Below are positions 38,422 to 48,824 of a DNA stretch of 64,000 nucleotides, one piece after another (position 1 is the first letter of the stretch; every line of letters begins with the position of its first letter). This DNA comes from an uncultured delta proteobacterium (GTDB taxonomy: Bacteria; Myxococcota_A; Polyangia; Polyangiales; Houyiibacteriaceae). The notes below the pieces were generated by a model that saw only the letters and a program-made list of their open reading frames with translations, made no database searches and had not been told where the DNA came from. The stretch is from positions 32,001-96,000 of the forward strand of contig CAVOVB010000003.1 in NCBI GenBank assembly GCA_963699755.1, given 5' to 3'. The position numbers were made by a program, and so were the translations under genes.

Positions 38422-41155
38422 GGAGTCGCCTCTTTCATCACACGCGCATTAAGAGAAGTTATGTCGCGCTGGGGCTGCTTGGTCGCGGCTGTTGATGGCG
38501 CCGCTATGGGGCAGCAGGTGTGGAGCCCACCCCCTCCGATCCCGAGATCGGAGGGGGGCTCCGTCGTGTCTTCGGCCTATGGAGAGGTGACCGAGACGTT
38601 GTCCCAGTAGGTGTTCACAGTACAGCCAGGGTTGGCACCGCAGTCTGTCTTCAGCTGCAGAGTCACGCCGCCGCTGACGTCAGGGCCCGTTGTCGTGTTG
38701 AACTCATAGGTGACCCAACCCGCCGTCCAATCGTTGGGCGCGTTTGGAAAGAGTGGGGCACCACTGAGGATTTCGGACTTGGATGTGCCGCCGCCGCTGA
38801 GCTCCGAGAAGAACTCTGCGAAGACGACGCCGCCGGGACCCGCGAGAGAGCCGAACAGGTCAAACCGAATGGTGACCGGGCTGTTTGGCGCCACGGTTCC
38901 GATGCCGATGTTGGCCTGCTTCATGAGTGGGAACGAAGGAGGACCCCCGCCGGCCGGAACACTGGCAACCAGGTTGCCCGAGTAGACGCCGCCGTTGGCC
39001 TCTGCCGATGAGGCGGAGCACGTTCCACTGTTCTCTGTACAGAACAGCGTCCAACCGGAGAGATCACCGGTCTCGAAATCGCCATTGATCGTCAGCTCGC
39101 CGCTAGGCTCGGGGCCACCACCACCACCGCATCCATCTACACCGAGGGTGAGGTTGTCGTAGAAGATCCCTGAGCCGTTGAAGTTCGTGGCCCTGCTCTG
39201 GAAGCCGATCTGCAAGACCTGGCCGACGAGCTCCGGAATGATTGGCAAGCTGATGGTGAACGTATCCCAGGTGTCCGGGAGGTTCGTCGTATCGACGGGG
39301 ATGTTGTTGGTCGTGTTCGAGCCCGAGATCGTCTTGATGAACGCTGCTGCGGTGGTGGGCGGGACGATGTTGCCCTTCTTCGCATCGAAGGTGAACACGA
39401 TCGTCGTTCCGACATCGCTGGCTACGATGGGGAACTCTTGGAACACGACGGCTTCGATGATGTTCCCGACCCCGTGATCTGCGTTGTTGTAGTCGTTGTA
39501 GATCGACAGCTGCTGAGCACCTTGCTCGGGACCGCCTTCCCCGACAGCGACTGCAGAGAATGCAGGGCCACCGTTCGGAGCCGGGAACGCGAAGTAGTTG
39601 TAGAGGAACGTGGTGCCGTCTGGCCCGAACACGTTCGCGCCGACCAACCATCCATCGGTGGACAAGGAGTTCGGCACGGGCTGGGGCGGGTCCCCTGGCG
39701 TGAGCAACTCGAAGTTCTGCTCGTAGAGACAGGCCGGGGCCGGAGGGGCCTCACAGACGTTGTTGACGCAGGTCTCGCCGCTCGCGCACTGCGCGTCGAT
39801 GTTGCATTCGACGCAAGCACCCTGGCCGTCGCACACGCCAGGGCTGCCACCGAGGTCGCAGCCCGTGTTGATGCCGTCGTTCTGCGGGGTGCACGAACCG
39901 TCGGCCGGGTCACAGACGTTGGTCACGCATTCCCCGGCGTCGGGGCAGGGGTCGGGGGTGCAAAGGCCTTCGCAGACGCCCGCGTTGCAGGTGCCGGGGA
40001 AGCCGCCGGTCGTGCACTGGTTGTTGTCGTTGTTGGTGAACTCGCACGCGCCGGCGACGCAGGCGTTGTCGGTGCAGGCGTTGTTGTCTTCACAATCGCT
40101 ATCCACCGTGCAGGCCACGCAGTTGCCCTGTCCGTCGCAGGTCCCGCCTGCAGGCGGTGAGCACGCATTGCCCGCGGCAGAGCCGGGATCCGGCGTGCAG
40201 ATCGGTTGGTTGTTCGCATCTGCGGAACACACCTCGGGGCTGCACACGTTGCTCTGGTTGCAGGGGTCAGGCGAGCAATTGTCGATGTCCTGACAGTTGT
40301 CGTCGCAGAAGATGCCGTCGGGCGGGTCGCAGTCTTCGCCTGGGTCGATCTGTCCGTTGCCGCATCCCGAGGCCACCGTGCAGTCGACGGCGATCGTCGA
40401 GCGGGCCGCGCCATTGTTGCTGCCGTCGGGCAGAAGGCCGGTACAGCTCGTAAACCCGTCATCGGAGACCGCGACGATGATTTCGCAGAGCCCGACGCCG
40501 GTGCACTCCACGGTGTTGGCCACCGCTTCGCATCCGCTGACCGTCTCACAGCTTGCGGCCGTATTGCCGTTGCTGCTCTGGACGTTGCCGCACGCGCCTA
40601 CCGCTTGCACGCCAACCGTCACTTCATCGCCGTCCGGGTCGTAGACCTCGGTGCGCACGTCGACGAGATTGCCGATCGATTGCGTCGTCGGGGTGACGAG
40701 GATCTGCCTGTACTCCGCACACTGGTTGAAGGTGCCGTCCGCACGGACGCCGCCATATCGCGGCGTGTGGATGCAGGCCAGGACCACTTCCCCCACAGTG
40801 GTCGCGTTGGTGTTGACCACGACCGTGAGCTCGCCTGTGCACTCGGTGTTTCCGGTGTTCGAGGCGGCCGTAAACATGAAGGTGCAAGGTCCAGCGGGCA
40901 GGCCCTGCTTCTCAAAGAGGCCGATGGTGTTCTTCGGCTCCGGTCCTTGCGAGGTGGACGTGTTGATGGTGAACATTTCGGGCGAGCTTTGCGGAGGCCG
41001 CGGGACGCCCAAGACGGGGTCGATGCCGGCGCACCACAAGGAAACGTTGACTTCGTCGATCTGCTCGTTGGGGCCCGAGGGCGGGGTCGCGAGCGTGACG
41101 GTCATGTCGACATTGCCGATGCCCGCCGGTTCGCTTTGCTCGGAGCTACAGCCTG
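36326..41155. repeat. Tandem ~2.04-kb near-identical duplication (36326-38369 vs 39112-41155)
   Basis: Offset is 2786 at both ends; alternative-frame ORF translations are identical over ~37406-38355 vs ~40192-41141. Confidence 0.92.
38523..38561. other. Strong GC-rich intergenic stem-loop between the two paralogous lipoprotein genes
   Basis: CCCCCTCCGATC-CCGA-GATCGGAGGGGG perfect 12-bp stem, no U-tract. Confidence 0.7.
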
Positions 41156-41225
41156 CGAGTGCCACGGCGAGGGCCGCGCACGTCAGCATCGCTGAGCTCG
41201 CTAATCGTGTTCGTATCAGTGACAT
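38577..41225 (-). CDS. Large surface lipoprotein: same Cys-rich stalk, domain X, C-terminal CBM4/9-like non-catalytic domain
   Basis: LAGC lipobox after ATG at 41225; C-terminal ELTINGDFETGDLSGW...YWDNVSV. Confidence 0.85.
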   Translation of the reverse strand: MSLIRTRLASSAMLTCAALAVALAGCSSEQSEPAGIGNVDMTVTLATPPSGPNEQIDEVNVSLWCAGIDPVLGVPRPPQSSPEMFTINTSTSQGPEPKNTIGLFEKQGLPAGPCTFMFTAASNTGNTECTGELTVVVNTNATTVGEVVLACIHTPRYGGVRADGTFNQCAEYRQILVTPTTQSIGNLVDVRTEVYDPDGDEVTVGVQAVGACGNVQSSNGNTAASCETVSGCEAVANTVECTGVGLCEIIVAVSDDGFTSCTGLLPDGSNNGAARSTIAVDCTVASGCGNGQIDPGEDCDPPDGIFCDDNCQDIDNCSPDPCNQSNVCSPEVCSADANNQPICTPDPGSAAGNACSPPAGGTCDGQGNCVACTVDSDCEDNNACTDNACVAGACEFTNNDNNQCTTGGFPGTCNAGVCEGLCTPDPCPDAGECVTNVCDPADGSCTPQNDGINTGCDLGGSPGVCDGQGACVECNIDAQCASGETCVNNVCEAPPAPACLYEQNFELLTPGDPPQPVPNSLSTDGWLVGANVFGPDGTTFLYNYFAFPAPNGGPAFSAVAVGEGGPEQGAQQLSIYNDYNNADHGVGNIIEAVVFQEFPIVASDVGTTIVFTFDAKKGNIVPPTTAAAFIKTISGSNTTNNIPVDTTNLPDTWDTFTISLPIIPELVGQVLQIGFQSRATNFNGSGIFYDNLTLGVDGCGGGGGPEPSGELTINGDFETGDLSGWTLFCTENSGTCSASSAEANGGVYSGNLVASVPAGGGPPSFPLMKQANIGIGTVAPNSPVTIRFDLFGSLAGPGGVVFAEFFSELSGGGTSKSEILSGAPLFPNAPNDWTAGWVTYEFNTTTGPDVSGGVTLQLKTDCGANPGCTVNTYWDNVSVTSP

Positions 41226-41299
41226 CCCTAATTCTCCTTGCGAGGTATTCATCCGCTTCGCTTCGCAAGCTGCGATTGCCTCTTCGTTGATGTTGCGAA

Positions 41300-41322
41300 G
41301 TTTGTTCGAACAACGAACAAAC
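41300..41322. promoter_or_regulatory. Putative ROK operator upstream of the lipoprotein pair
   Basis: GTTTGTTCG-AACAA-CGAACAAAC perfect palindrome. Confidence 0.75.
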
Positions 41323-41917
41323 CTTGAATGAAAGGGAGTACATCGGCTCATTTCGAAAGATCAAGCCCGAAATGAAAGTACTTCTCGCTTTGCGTGGGAT
41401 GGTCCTTGTCTTGTGAGATACCTCACCACTTGCCCACGCCGCCGAAGCTTGAAGCATCTCTCAGCGCCCAGCGTTGGTATCGTTGTCGCTTCGCTCCCGC
41501 GACGTTCTCGATATCGCTGAAAAAACGGTCACGCCAAAACGAGACCCTGCCCAGGCTGGCCGTGTTGAGTAATCCCGCTTGCGCAATTGCCACGGTAATT
41601 GAGCGCGTCGCACTGTAAAGGACGCAGGCCCTCTGTTGCGACGAGCAGCGCGGACAACACGCGCTGTAGATCGCAGCGCGGTCGCTCTCTAGGCGGACAT
41701 GTCCGAAAACGGCTAACTTCCTTGCTGAGCACGGTCAGGCGCGATCAAACGCAGCTTCGCCGGGTCGCCAGACCAAGTCGATACCACTCGACCGCGCGGA
41801 GCTGAGCCAGCCGTGACGACGAGAGCGAATCGGACCCCAACATCGACTTGGCAAGACGCGGTTGTGCTTGCAATCGTTTACAGTGTGTGTTCTGGCTAGT
41901 CGATCAGGAGATTGTGA

Positions 41918-43414
41918 GTGCGTTGCTTAGTTGGATTTGGATGCATCGCGTCGTTCGGCGTCCTCTTGGTGGCGGGCTGTGGAGATGGCGGGAACAGTCC
42001 TGAAATCGAGTGCATGGAAAACGTGTGCCCGTGCAACGAGGGTGGCATTCGAGCGGCCGTAGCGGAGGGACTCGGACCTTACACCTTCGAGTGCGACGGT
42101 CCTACCGCAGTCCTCACCAGCCGCGAGATTGTGATCGATAAAGATCTCACCTTGGACGGCGAGGGCAATCTGACGGTGGACGCGAACCGCAGACACCGCG
42201 TGTTTTCCGTGCTCGACGGCGTAAGGGCTGAGCTCATCGGCGTGACGGTGGCCAACGGCAACGAAACCGACGAGCATGGTGGGGGCATTCGGAATGAAGG
42301 GACGCTGACGCTGACGAACAGCACCGTCTCGGGGAGCACCGCAGGCCGCGAGAGTGGATGCCGTACCGACGACCCGGCATTGCTTTGTTCGGAAGGTGGC
42401 GGCATCTGGAACGCTGGGACGCTGACCCTGATGGACAGCACGGTATCAGGGAATTCAGCACCCTTTGGCGGCGGCATCGCGAACCGCCGGGGTAGCCTGA
42501 CGGTGATCGACAGCAACATCTTCGGGAACTCTGCGGACGGATGCCGGGGCGCCGCTGCGGTTCTGTGTAGTGGCGGCGGCGGAATATGGAACTCCGCGAC
42601 GCTGACGATGCTCAACAGCACCGTGTCGGGAAGTACCGCGAACTGGGGCGCCGGCATCTACAATCGCGGGGTATGCACACAGACCAACTGCACCACCTCC
42701 GAAAATTCCGCCGGCTTCGACGGCGGCGGCCTCCTCAACTTCGGGACTCTGAGGCTGATCGATACCACGGTGGCCGACAACATGGCCGGCCAGAGCGGCG
42801 GTGGCATCGCCAACGAAGCCGGCATGCTCGAGGCGGCGAGCAGCACGCTGTCGAACAACACTGCGGCATCGGCGGGCGGAGGAATCTACAACCCGGGGGG
42901 TGCGGCAGCCGAGCTGGCCAACACCACCCTTTCGACCAACGCTGCAAACACGTGGGGCGGCGGCATGTACACCGGCGGTGAGTTGCTGTTGGTGAGCGGC
43001 ACCATTGCCGGGAACGACGCACCGACCGGAAGCGCGATCTACGACCCGGGCTCGCCCGGGGCCGGACTACGATCGATCGCAAATACGTTGATCGAGGGTG
43101 ACTGCGGGGGATCGCCCTTCGATTCCGCCGGCTACAACATCGAAAGTCCCGGTAACACGTGCGGTTTCAACCAGGAATCCGATCTGCCTGCGGAACCTCA
43201 GCTGAACCTAGGTCCTCTCGAGGACAACGGCGGATCCACCAAGACCCATGCGCTCGGGCTCCTGCCCACTCCGAGTCTCGCCATCGATCGGGTTCCCGCG
43301 GTGGATTGCATCGACGGAACAGGCGAACCGCTGACGGCAGACCAGCGCGGCGAGCCGCGTCCGGCGGGTACGAGCTCTAGCTGCGACGTGGGCGCATTCG
43401 AAGTGCAGCCCTAA
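41918..43414 (+). CDS. Lipoprotein with GGGIxN parallel beta-helix repeats (choice-of-anchor Q-like C-terminus)
   Basis: VAGC lipobox; repeated GGGIWN..TLTL..STVSGN; LGPLEDNGG...DQRG..R...CDVGAFEVQ. Confidence 0.82.
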   Translation: MRCLVGFGCIASFGVLLVAGCGDGGNSPEIECMENVCPCNEGGIRAAVAEGLGPYTFECDGPTAVLTSREIVIDKDLTLDGEGNLTVDANRRHRVFSVLDGVRAELIGVTVANGNETDEHGGGIRNEGTLTLTNSTVSGSTAGRESGCRTDDPALLCSEGGGIWNAGTLTLMDSTVSGNSAPFGGGIANRRGSLTVIDSNIFGNSADGCRGAAAVLCSGGGGIWNSATLTMLNSTVSGSTANWGAGIYNRGVCTQTNCTTSENSAGFDGGGLLNFGTLRLIDTTVADNMAGQSGGGIANEAGMLEAASSTLSNNTAASAGGGIYNPGGAAAELANTTLSTNAANTWGGGMYTGGELLLVSGTIAGNDAPTGSAIYDPGSPGAGLRSIANTLIEGDCGGSPFDSAGYNIESPGNTCGFNQESDLPAEPQLNLGPLEDNGGSTKTHALGLLPTPSLAIDRVPAVDCIDGTGEPLTADQRGEPRPAGTSSSCDVGAFEVQP

Positions 43415-43465
43415 ACCTGCTCGCTCGGCCGCAGAACCAGCTCATTCCTCTCTTCGTGGGCACGC

Positions 43466-43513
43466 TTGACACGTCAAGCCCGCTTTTGATACTTAGTTCG
43501 GCGGTCAAACAAA
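43466..43513 (+). promoter_or_regulatory. Sigma70-like promoter with overlapping ROK operator, upstream of the GH1-GH149 operon
   Basis: TTGACA (43466-43471), 16-bp spacer, GATACT (43488-43493), then TTAGTTCG-GCGGT-CAAACAAA (43493-43513). Confidence 0.7.
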
Positions 43514-43556
43514 CTCACCTACCCGTTGTTCAGACGGTGTTTGCGCTGGAGATCCC

Positions 43557-44936
43557 ATGGCGGTTGAAGCCTTTCCCAACGACTTTGTTTGGGGTGTCGC
43601 CACTTCCGCCTTTCAAATCGAAGGCGCCCACGATATCGATGGCAGAGGGCCATCGATCTGGGACACCTATGCGGCGCAACCTGGGTTCATCGAAGACGGC
43701 AGCAACGCCCACGTGGCGTGCGACCACTACCACCGTTACGCCGAGGACATCGCGCTGATGGCGTCCCTCGGCGTGGGCGCCTACCGCTTCAGCGTTGCCT
43801 GGCCGCGGATTGTGCCTGCTGGCCGCGGGGCCGTGAACGTCCCGGGTCTGGATTTCTACGACCGCCTGGTCGATGGCCTTTTGGCGGCAGGCATCGCGCC
43901 CTGTGCCACGCTCTACCACTGGGACCTCCCGCAGGTGCTGGAAAATGAGGGTGGCTGGACCAATCGATCCACAGTTGACGCATTTGTCGAGTTCGCCGAC
44001 GCCGTCACCAAGCGTCTTGGCGATCGCGTGGCGCGCTGGATCACGCACAACGAACCGTGGTGTGTGAGCGTGCTCGGATATGCCCAAGGTGCGCATGCTC
44101 CTGGAAAGAGAAGCTGGCCTGATGCCCTGGTTGCATCGCACCATTTGCTGCTGAGCCATGGGCGGGCTGTGCCCGTGATTCGCCACAACGCGCCTCGAGC
44201 CAAACTGGGCATTACCCTCAACGTGTCCGAGTGCGAGCCCGCGTCGCCGAGCGAGGCCGACCAGAGCGCGGCTCGGCAGTTCGACGGCGAGCTGATCCGT
44301 TGGTTCCTCGATCCGATCTACCTGGGCCGCTATCCGAACGATGTGATCGAGTACCACGAGCGCGAAGGCCGGCTGCCCCGCGGCATGGACTTCGCGCGGC
44401 CTGGTGACCTCGATGAAATCCACATCCCCATCGACTTCTTGGGCGTCAACTATTACAGTCGCGCCGTCGTGCGCAGCGGAAAGATTCCCGAGGCAAACAA
44501 CGAACCGAGAACCATTCCGGTTCCTGACCCTGCCGAGCTGACCGACATGGGCTGGGAGGTCTATCCCGAGGGGCTGACCCAAACCCTGGTACGATTGAAC
44601 GCCGACTACGAGCCCGGCTCATTGGTCGTCACCGAGAATGGCGCCGCGTACGCCACCGGGCCAGGGCCGGACGGGTCCGTGCAGGACATTCGGCGCTGCG
44701 AGTACGTCAAGAGTCACTTGCAGGCCTGTCTTGCGGCGATCGATGCGGGCGTTCCCCTGCACGGCTATTTCCTGTGGTCGCTGCTCGACAACTTCGAGTG
44801 GGCCTTTGGGCTTTCGAAACGCTTTGGAATCGTCTGGGTCGATTTCGAAACCCAAGAACGGATCATCAAGGCGTCAGGGCAGATGTACAGCCGCATCGTC
44901 CGCGCCAATGAGATCGCGGGGGAGCAGGCGGCGTGA
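43557..44936 (+). CDS. GH1 beta-glucosidase
   Basis: FVWGVATSAFQIEG, YRFSVAWPRI, TLYHWDLP, THNEP, VTENG, DNFEWAFG. Confidence 0.96.
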   Translation: MAVEAFPNDFVWGVATSAFQIEGAHDIDGRGPSIWDTYAAQPGFIEDGSNAHVACDHYHRYAEDIALMASLGVGAYRFSVAWPRIVPAGRGAVNVPGLDFYDRLVDGLLAAGIAPCATLYHWDLPQVLENEGGWTNRSTVDAFVEFADAVTKRLGDRVARWITHNEPWCVSVLGYAQGAHAPGKRSWPDALVASHHLLLSHGRAVPVIRHNAPRAKLGITLNVSECEPASPSEADQSAARQFDGELIRWFLDPIYLGRYPNDVIEYHEREGRLPRGMDFARPGDLDEIHIPIDFLGVNYYSRAVVRSGKIPEANNEPRTIPVPDPAELTDMGWEVYPEGLTQTLVRLNADYEPGSLVVTENGAAYATGPGPDGSVQDIRRCEYVKSHLQACLAAIDAGVPLHGYFLWSLLDNFEWAFGLSKRFGIVWVDFETQERIIKASGQMYSRIVRANEIAGEQAA

Positions 44937-47900
44937 GAGTCGCAATCGCATTGGTTTTCGTTTTGTGGTCCGCGGTTGCCGCCGCACAGCAGTACGAAGA
45001 GGAAACGGTGGTGCCGACCCCATCGGGCGGCCCCTCGGCGCCAGGCATGGCCCCCCCGCCCGGGGCGCCCCCACCGCGCGGGTCACCGACACGGCCGTCC
45101 GACGACTTCGCACCGCCACCTGCATCCCAACGGCCAGAGGCGCCCCCACCGGGCATGGCGCCAAGCACCCGCAAGACCGCCGGTGCCAACGTCGTCCGGG
45201 TTCACAAAGACGAACGTGGATACCAGCTTCTCGTCGACGGCAAGCCCACGATGGTGTTCGGGATGAACTGGGGATACATGCCGATCGGACAGAACTACAC
45301 CTATGACTTCTGGGGCAAGCCCGACGAGGTGATCATCAAAGCGCTCGATGCCGAGATGAGGTGGCTGAAGGACATGCACGTCAATGTCATTCGGCAGTAC
45401 GCCGGCGGGATGGACGGCGGCCCCCCGCCTCGCTGGATCAAGTACATCTACGAGAAGTACGGCATCTACACGGTTCTCAACCATTCGATTGGTCGCTACG
45501 GCATGGCGATCGACGGTGTGTGGGTGAGCCCGGTCGACTATTCCGACGAGCGCTTCCGTTCCTTGATGAAGGAACAAATCACCGAGCTGGTCGAGGGGTA
45601 CAAAGACACGCCCGGCCTGTTGATGTGGCTCCTCGGCAACGAGAACAACTACGGGCTCTACTGGAAGTCGACCGAGATCGAAGACCTGCCCGAGGCCAAG
45701 CAGGGGGATGCGCGCGCCAGCTTCTTGTACTCGTTGTTCGGGGAGGTCACCGATCTCATTCACTCCCTCGACCAGAACCACCCGGTATCGATTGCAAACG
45801 GCGACCTTGGATTTCTCGACGTGATCAAGCAGGAATGCCCGAACATCGACGTCTTGGGCAGCAACGTGTACCGCGGCATGTCTTCCGGAGACATCTTCGA
45901 GCGCGTGGACAAAGAGCTCGGCCGGCCGTTCATGTACACCGAGTTTGGCTCCGATGCGTTCAATGCAAAGACCGGGCGGGAAGATCAGGTTGCCCAAGCG
46001 CAGTATCTGAGGTCCCTCTGGCAGGAGATCTACGAGCAGAGTTACGGCAAGGGCAGGGTGGGGAACGCCATCGGCGGCATGATCTTCCAATGGAGTGACG
46101 GCTGGTGGAAGTACCAGCAGGAGATCAACCTCGACAAGCACGACACCACCGCGTCCTGGTCGAACCAGGCGTACCTGTCCGACTGGGTCGAGGGCCAAAA
46201 CAACATGAACGAGGAGTGGTTCGGGATCGCGGCGAAGGGGAAACCCAATGTCGATGGGATCTACCCGGTCTATCCGCGAGCCGCGTACTACTTGCTGCAG
46301 GACGCCTTTACGCTCGATCCCTACGCTTCGGACACCAGCATCGAGAAGATCCGGCAGCACTTCGGCAGGCTCGGGCCAAGATCGTATGACGACACGGAGT
46401 CGAGGCTGATGGAGCTCGGCTGGGCGCGCGTCAGCAGACTGCGAATCGACTTCGACACTTTCACTACCGGCGGCCGCCAACTGAATCAACCGTTGAGGAA
46501 TGAGACGCGCTTCGACCATACGGAATCGTTTTATTTTGGCGTCGAGGTGAAGCCGTTTGCCGGGGTGAGGGCGGAAGTCGTCGTCAACGGGCTGGGGAAC
46601 GTGGCCCTAAATCCAATCAACGAGATCTTCTACGAAAACCGCGGCATTCCAGTTGGAATCGTAGATGTGGAAGGTGAGGTTCGAGACCTCTCCGGATTCA
46701 ACCGCTTTCAGGTCTATGAAGCCTCCTTCGACTGGGACAACAAGTACTTCTTGCTCGAGAGCTTCTTTCGCGGCGAGGGGCACTACCACTGGGGCTACGA
46801 GGGAGACTTTTTCGGTCTCTACCCAGAAGTCCACCAGCAGTACGATATCGACATTTACAACGCGAACGCCCCACTGGGCTTCGTGTTCTCCGGGAAGGAC
46901 AAAGTCGACGGCCTCAAAGTCGCGTATGGACCCCAGCTCTGGTGGGGCGCCAACCCAACGGTCATGGCCAAGTACTACCGGATCTTTGGGGACTTCAAAT
47001 TCGCGGTGATGCACCAGGAAGACATCGCCCAACAGGCGACGGGGATTGCGAGCTCGGTGATTCCGCAGCCGAAAAGCCGAAAGAGCACGTTGTACTTCGG
47101 CTACGCGAGTCGTCGGGTCACGCTGGAGCTCGGAGGCATCACATCGCGTTCGAACTTCATCGGCGACCCCTACCAGACCGCGCGCCAAGCAAGCGGGCCG
47201 ACGTACCTGGATTCGGGCTACTACATCCGCAACAACACGGTGAATTTTGCCGATACCCTCGGCGGCAAGGCGAAGCTCACGCTGAACGCGGCGCCCTTCT
47301 TTTGGTACGTGCAGGGAGGCTACCGGGGACTCGTCAGCGATGCCGGGGCAGACCAGACGATGACCATCACCGGCTGGTCGCTCAAGGAGAGCGGCCAGGG
47401 CAATCATTGGGCGGTGTCATCGGGACTTGGGTACTACGTGGGCAAGTTCATGTTGGGGCCCAATGTCTTGGTTCAAAGGCCCCTCGAAGGCCCGCTTCCC
47501 TTCATCCCCGACCTCTTCGATCCCGAAACGGGCATCTACTATCCCGGGGTCAACGGCAGAAACCAGCTCGACGATCCGTTCTGGGTTCGCTCCAACCGGG
47601 AGACGTACGGTTTCGAGCTGCTGTTCGGCTATGACCCGACGCCGGCGACACCCCTGTGGGCGTGGGACAACCTGGAGCGCGAAGACGCCCGCTTCAGCGC
47701 GGCGCTCGACTTCGTGTACAAGATTTTGCCCACGGCCCAAGACTCCGCCGTGGCCATCAACCAAGATCTCATTTTGTTCGCGTTCCAGACCAGCGCGCCG
47801 GCCAGAAACCTTTGGGATGTGAGCCTCCGAACCGTCACCAACTTCACCTACAAGATGCGTTTGGTGAACTGGATCTATGTCGGACAGGGTCAAGCGAACG

Positions 47901-48238
47901 GCGACAGCGCCCGCACCGTGACACGGTTTGGCACCTATGGTTGGTATACGTACGGCACGTTCAACATCAACTATCATCTCAAGTTCAACGATTGGGGGCC
48001 CTACGACTACTACAAGGACTTCAACCTGACGTTCCCGCTGCAAGCCATGCTCGACCTGTCCTACGCGTTGGAACCGCCCGGAATGTATGCGCCGGCGTCG
48101 ACGAGATTCGGAGTGCGCGGGCAGTTCCGGAGTTCCGACCGATTCTCCGGTCGTTACCTGTTTGTTCCCGATGCTGAAGATCCCGGCCGCAAGGGTCGCG
48201 AATGGGAGATCAAAACCTATGTTCAGTTCGTATATTAA
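44933..48238 (+). CDS. Secreted GH2-like (clan GH-A) TIM barrel fused to a probable outer-membrane beta-barrel
   Basis: Signal peptide, Pro-rich linker, LLGNENN and MYTEFG catalytic-type motifs; ~600-aa aromatic beta-strand-rich C-terminal part ending EWEIKTYVQFVY. Confidence 0.75.
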   Translation: MRVAIALVFVLWSAVAAAQQYEEETVVPTPSGGPSAPGMAPPPGAPPPRGSPTRPSDDFAPPPASQRPEAPPPGMAPSTRKTAGANVVRVHKDERGYQLLVDGKPTMVFGMNWGYMPIGQNYTYDFWGKPDEVIIKALDAEMRWLKDMHVNVIRQYAGGMDGGPPPRWIKYIYEKYGIYTVLNHSIGRYGMAIDGVWVSPVDYSDERFRSLMKEQITELVEGYKDTPGLLMWLLGNENNYGLYWKSTEIEDLPEAKQGDARASFLYSLFGEVTDLIHSLDQNHPVSIANGDLGFLDVIKQECPNIDVLGSNVYRGMSSGDIFERVDKELGRPFMYTEFGSDAFNAKTGREDQVAQAQYLRSLWQEIYEQSYGKGRVGNAIGGMIFQWSDGWWKYQQEINLDKHDTTASWSNQAYLSDWVEGQNNMNEEWFGIAAKGKPNVDGIYPVYPRAAYYLLQDAFTLDPYASDTSIEKIRQHFGRLGPRSYDDTESRLMELGWARVSRLRIDFDTFTTGGRQLNQPLRNETRFDHTESFYFGVEVKPFAGVRAEVVVNGLGNVALNPINEIFYENRGIPVGIVDVEGEVRDLSGFNRFQVYEASFDWDNKYFLLESFFRGEGHYHWGYEGDFFGLYPEVHQQYDIDIYNANAPLGFVFSGKDKVDGLKVAYGPQLWWGANPTVMAKYYRIFGDFKFAVMHQEDIAQQATGIASSVIPQPKSRKSTLYFGYASRRVTLELGGITSRSNFIGDPYQTARQASGPTYLDSGYYIRNNTVNFADTLGGKAKLTLNAAPFFWYVQGGYRGLVSDAGADQTMTITGWSLKESGQGNHWAVSSGLGYYVGKFMLGPNVLVQRPLEGPLPFIPDLFDPETGIYYPGVNGRNQLDDPFWVRSNRETYGFELLFGYDPTPATPLWAWDNLEREDARFSAALDFVYKILPTAQDSAVAINQDLILFAFQTSAPARNLWDVSLRTVTNFTYKMRLVNWIYVGQGQANGDSARTVTRFGTYGWYTYGTFNINYHLKFNDWGPYDYYKDFNLTFPLQAMLDLSYALEPPGMYAPASTRFGVRGQFRSSDRFSGRYLFVPDAEDPGRKGREWEIKTYVQFVY

Positions 48239-48824
48239 GCTCTCTTTGCTGGGGCTCGTGCTGGTCACCGCCGCGTGCGGGGATGACCCCGCCTATGAAT
48301 TCGGCATCCCTACAAGTGACATTCAGTTCGAGCTCTTCAATGTGACCGAGGGGATTCACCCCTCCAAGGTCACCCTCAGCAATCCCCGCAATCCGTTCCG
48401 CAGGATAGTCATCAGCGACGACCAGAAGTTCGCCCTTCAGAACAGTGACAGCAGCGCCGCAGCCTTCTATGCCTGGGCCGCCTTGCTGGCCAAGATCCCG
48501 ATCGGCGAAAATCAGTTCTTCGTGGCTGTCAGCCTCCGTGACATTTACGAGTCCGACGAGCTCGCTGAGGAAGACCGAGAGACCGTCCGACAGATGGCCG
48601 TCAACGGGTTTCAGGCGGTGTTGGACTGCTTCCCGGAATCGCTCTTGTTTGACGCCTCGGGAACGTTTGGCCTGAGGTTCGCGACGCTCGCGTATGTGCA
48701 AATCCTAGAGCTCCAGGGGGTGCCTCAGGGCGACTGGACCTTGGTCGAGGACACCAACGGGAATCCCACTGCGGTACGAAGCACGGGGATCGATACGCTG
48801 GATCGAGGCATCCAATGTTTTTGA
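48219..48824 (+). CDS. Hypothetical lipoprotein, helical
   Basis: MFSSYIKLSLLGLVLVTAAC lipobox; overlaps both neighbours. Confidence 0.75.
   Translation: MFSSYIKLSLLGLVLVTAACGDDPAYEFGIPTSDIQFELFNVTEGIHPSKVTLSNPRNPFRRIVISDDQKFALQNSDSSAAAFYAWAALLAKIPIGENQFFVAVSLRDIYESDELAEEDRETVRQMAVNGFQAVLDCFPESLLFDASGTFGLRFATLAYVQILELQGVPQGDWTLVEDTNGNPTAVRSTGIDTLDRGIQCF

Noticed and set aside
41330..41917. Possible small gene or ncRNA in the long intergenic gap
   Set aside because: No convincing ORF, RBS or structured RNA motif visible by eye.
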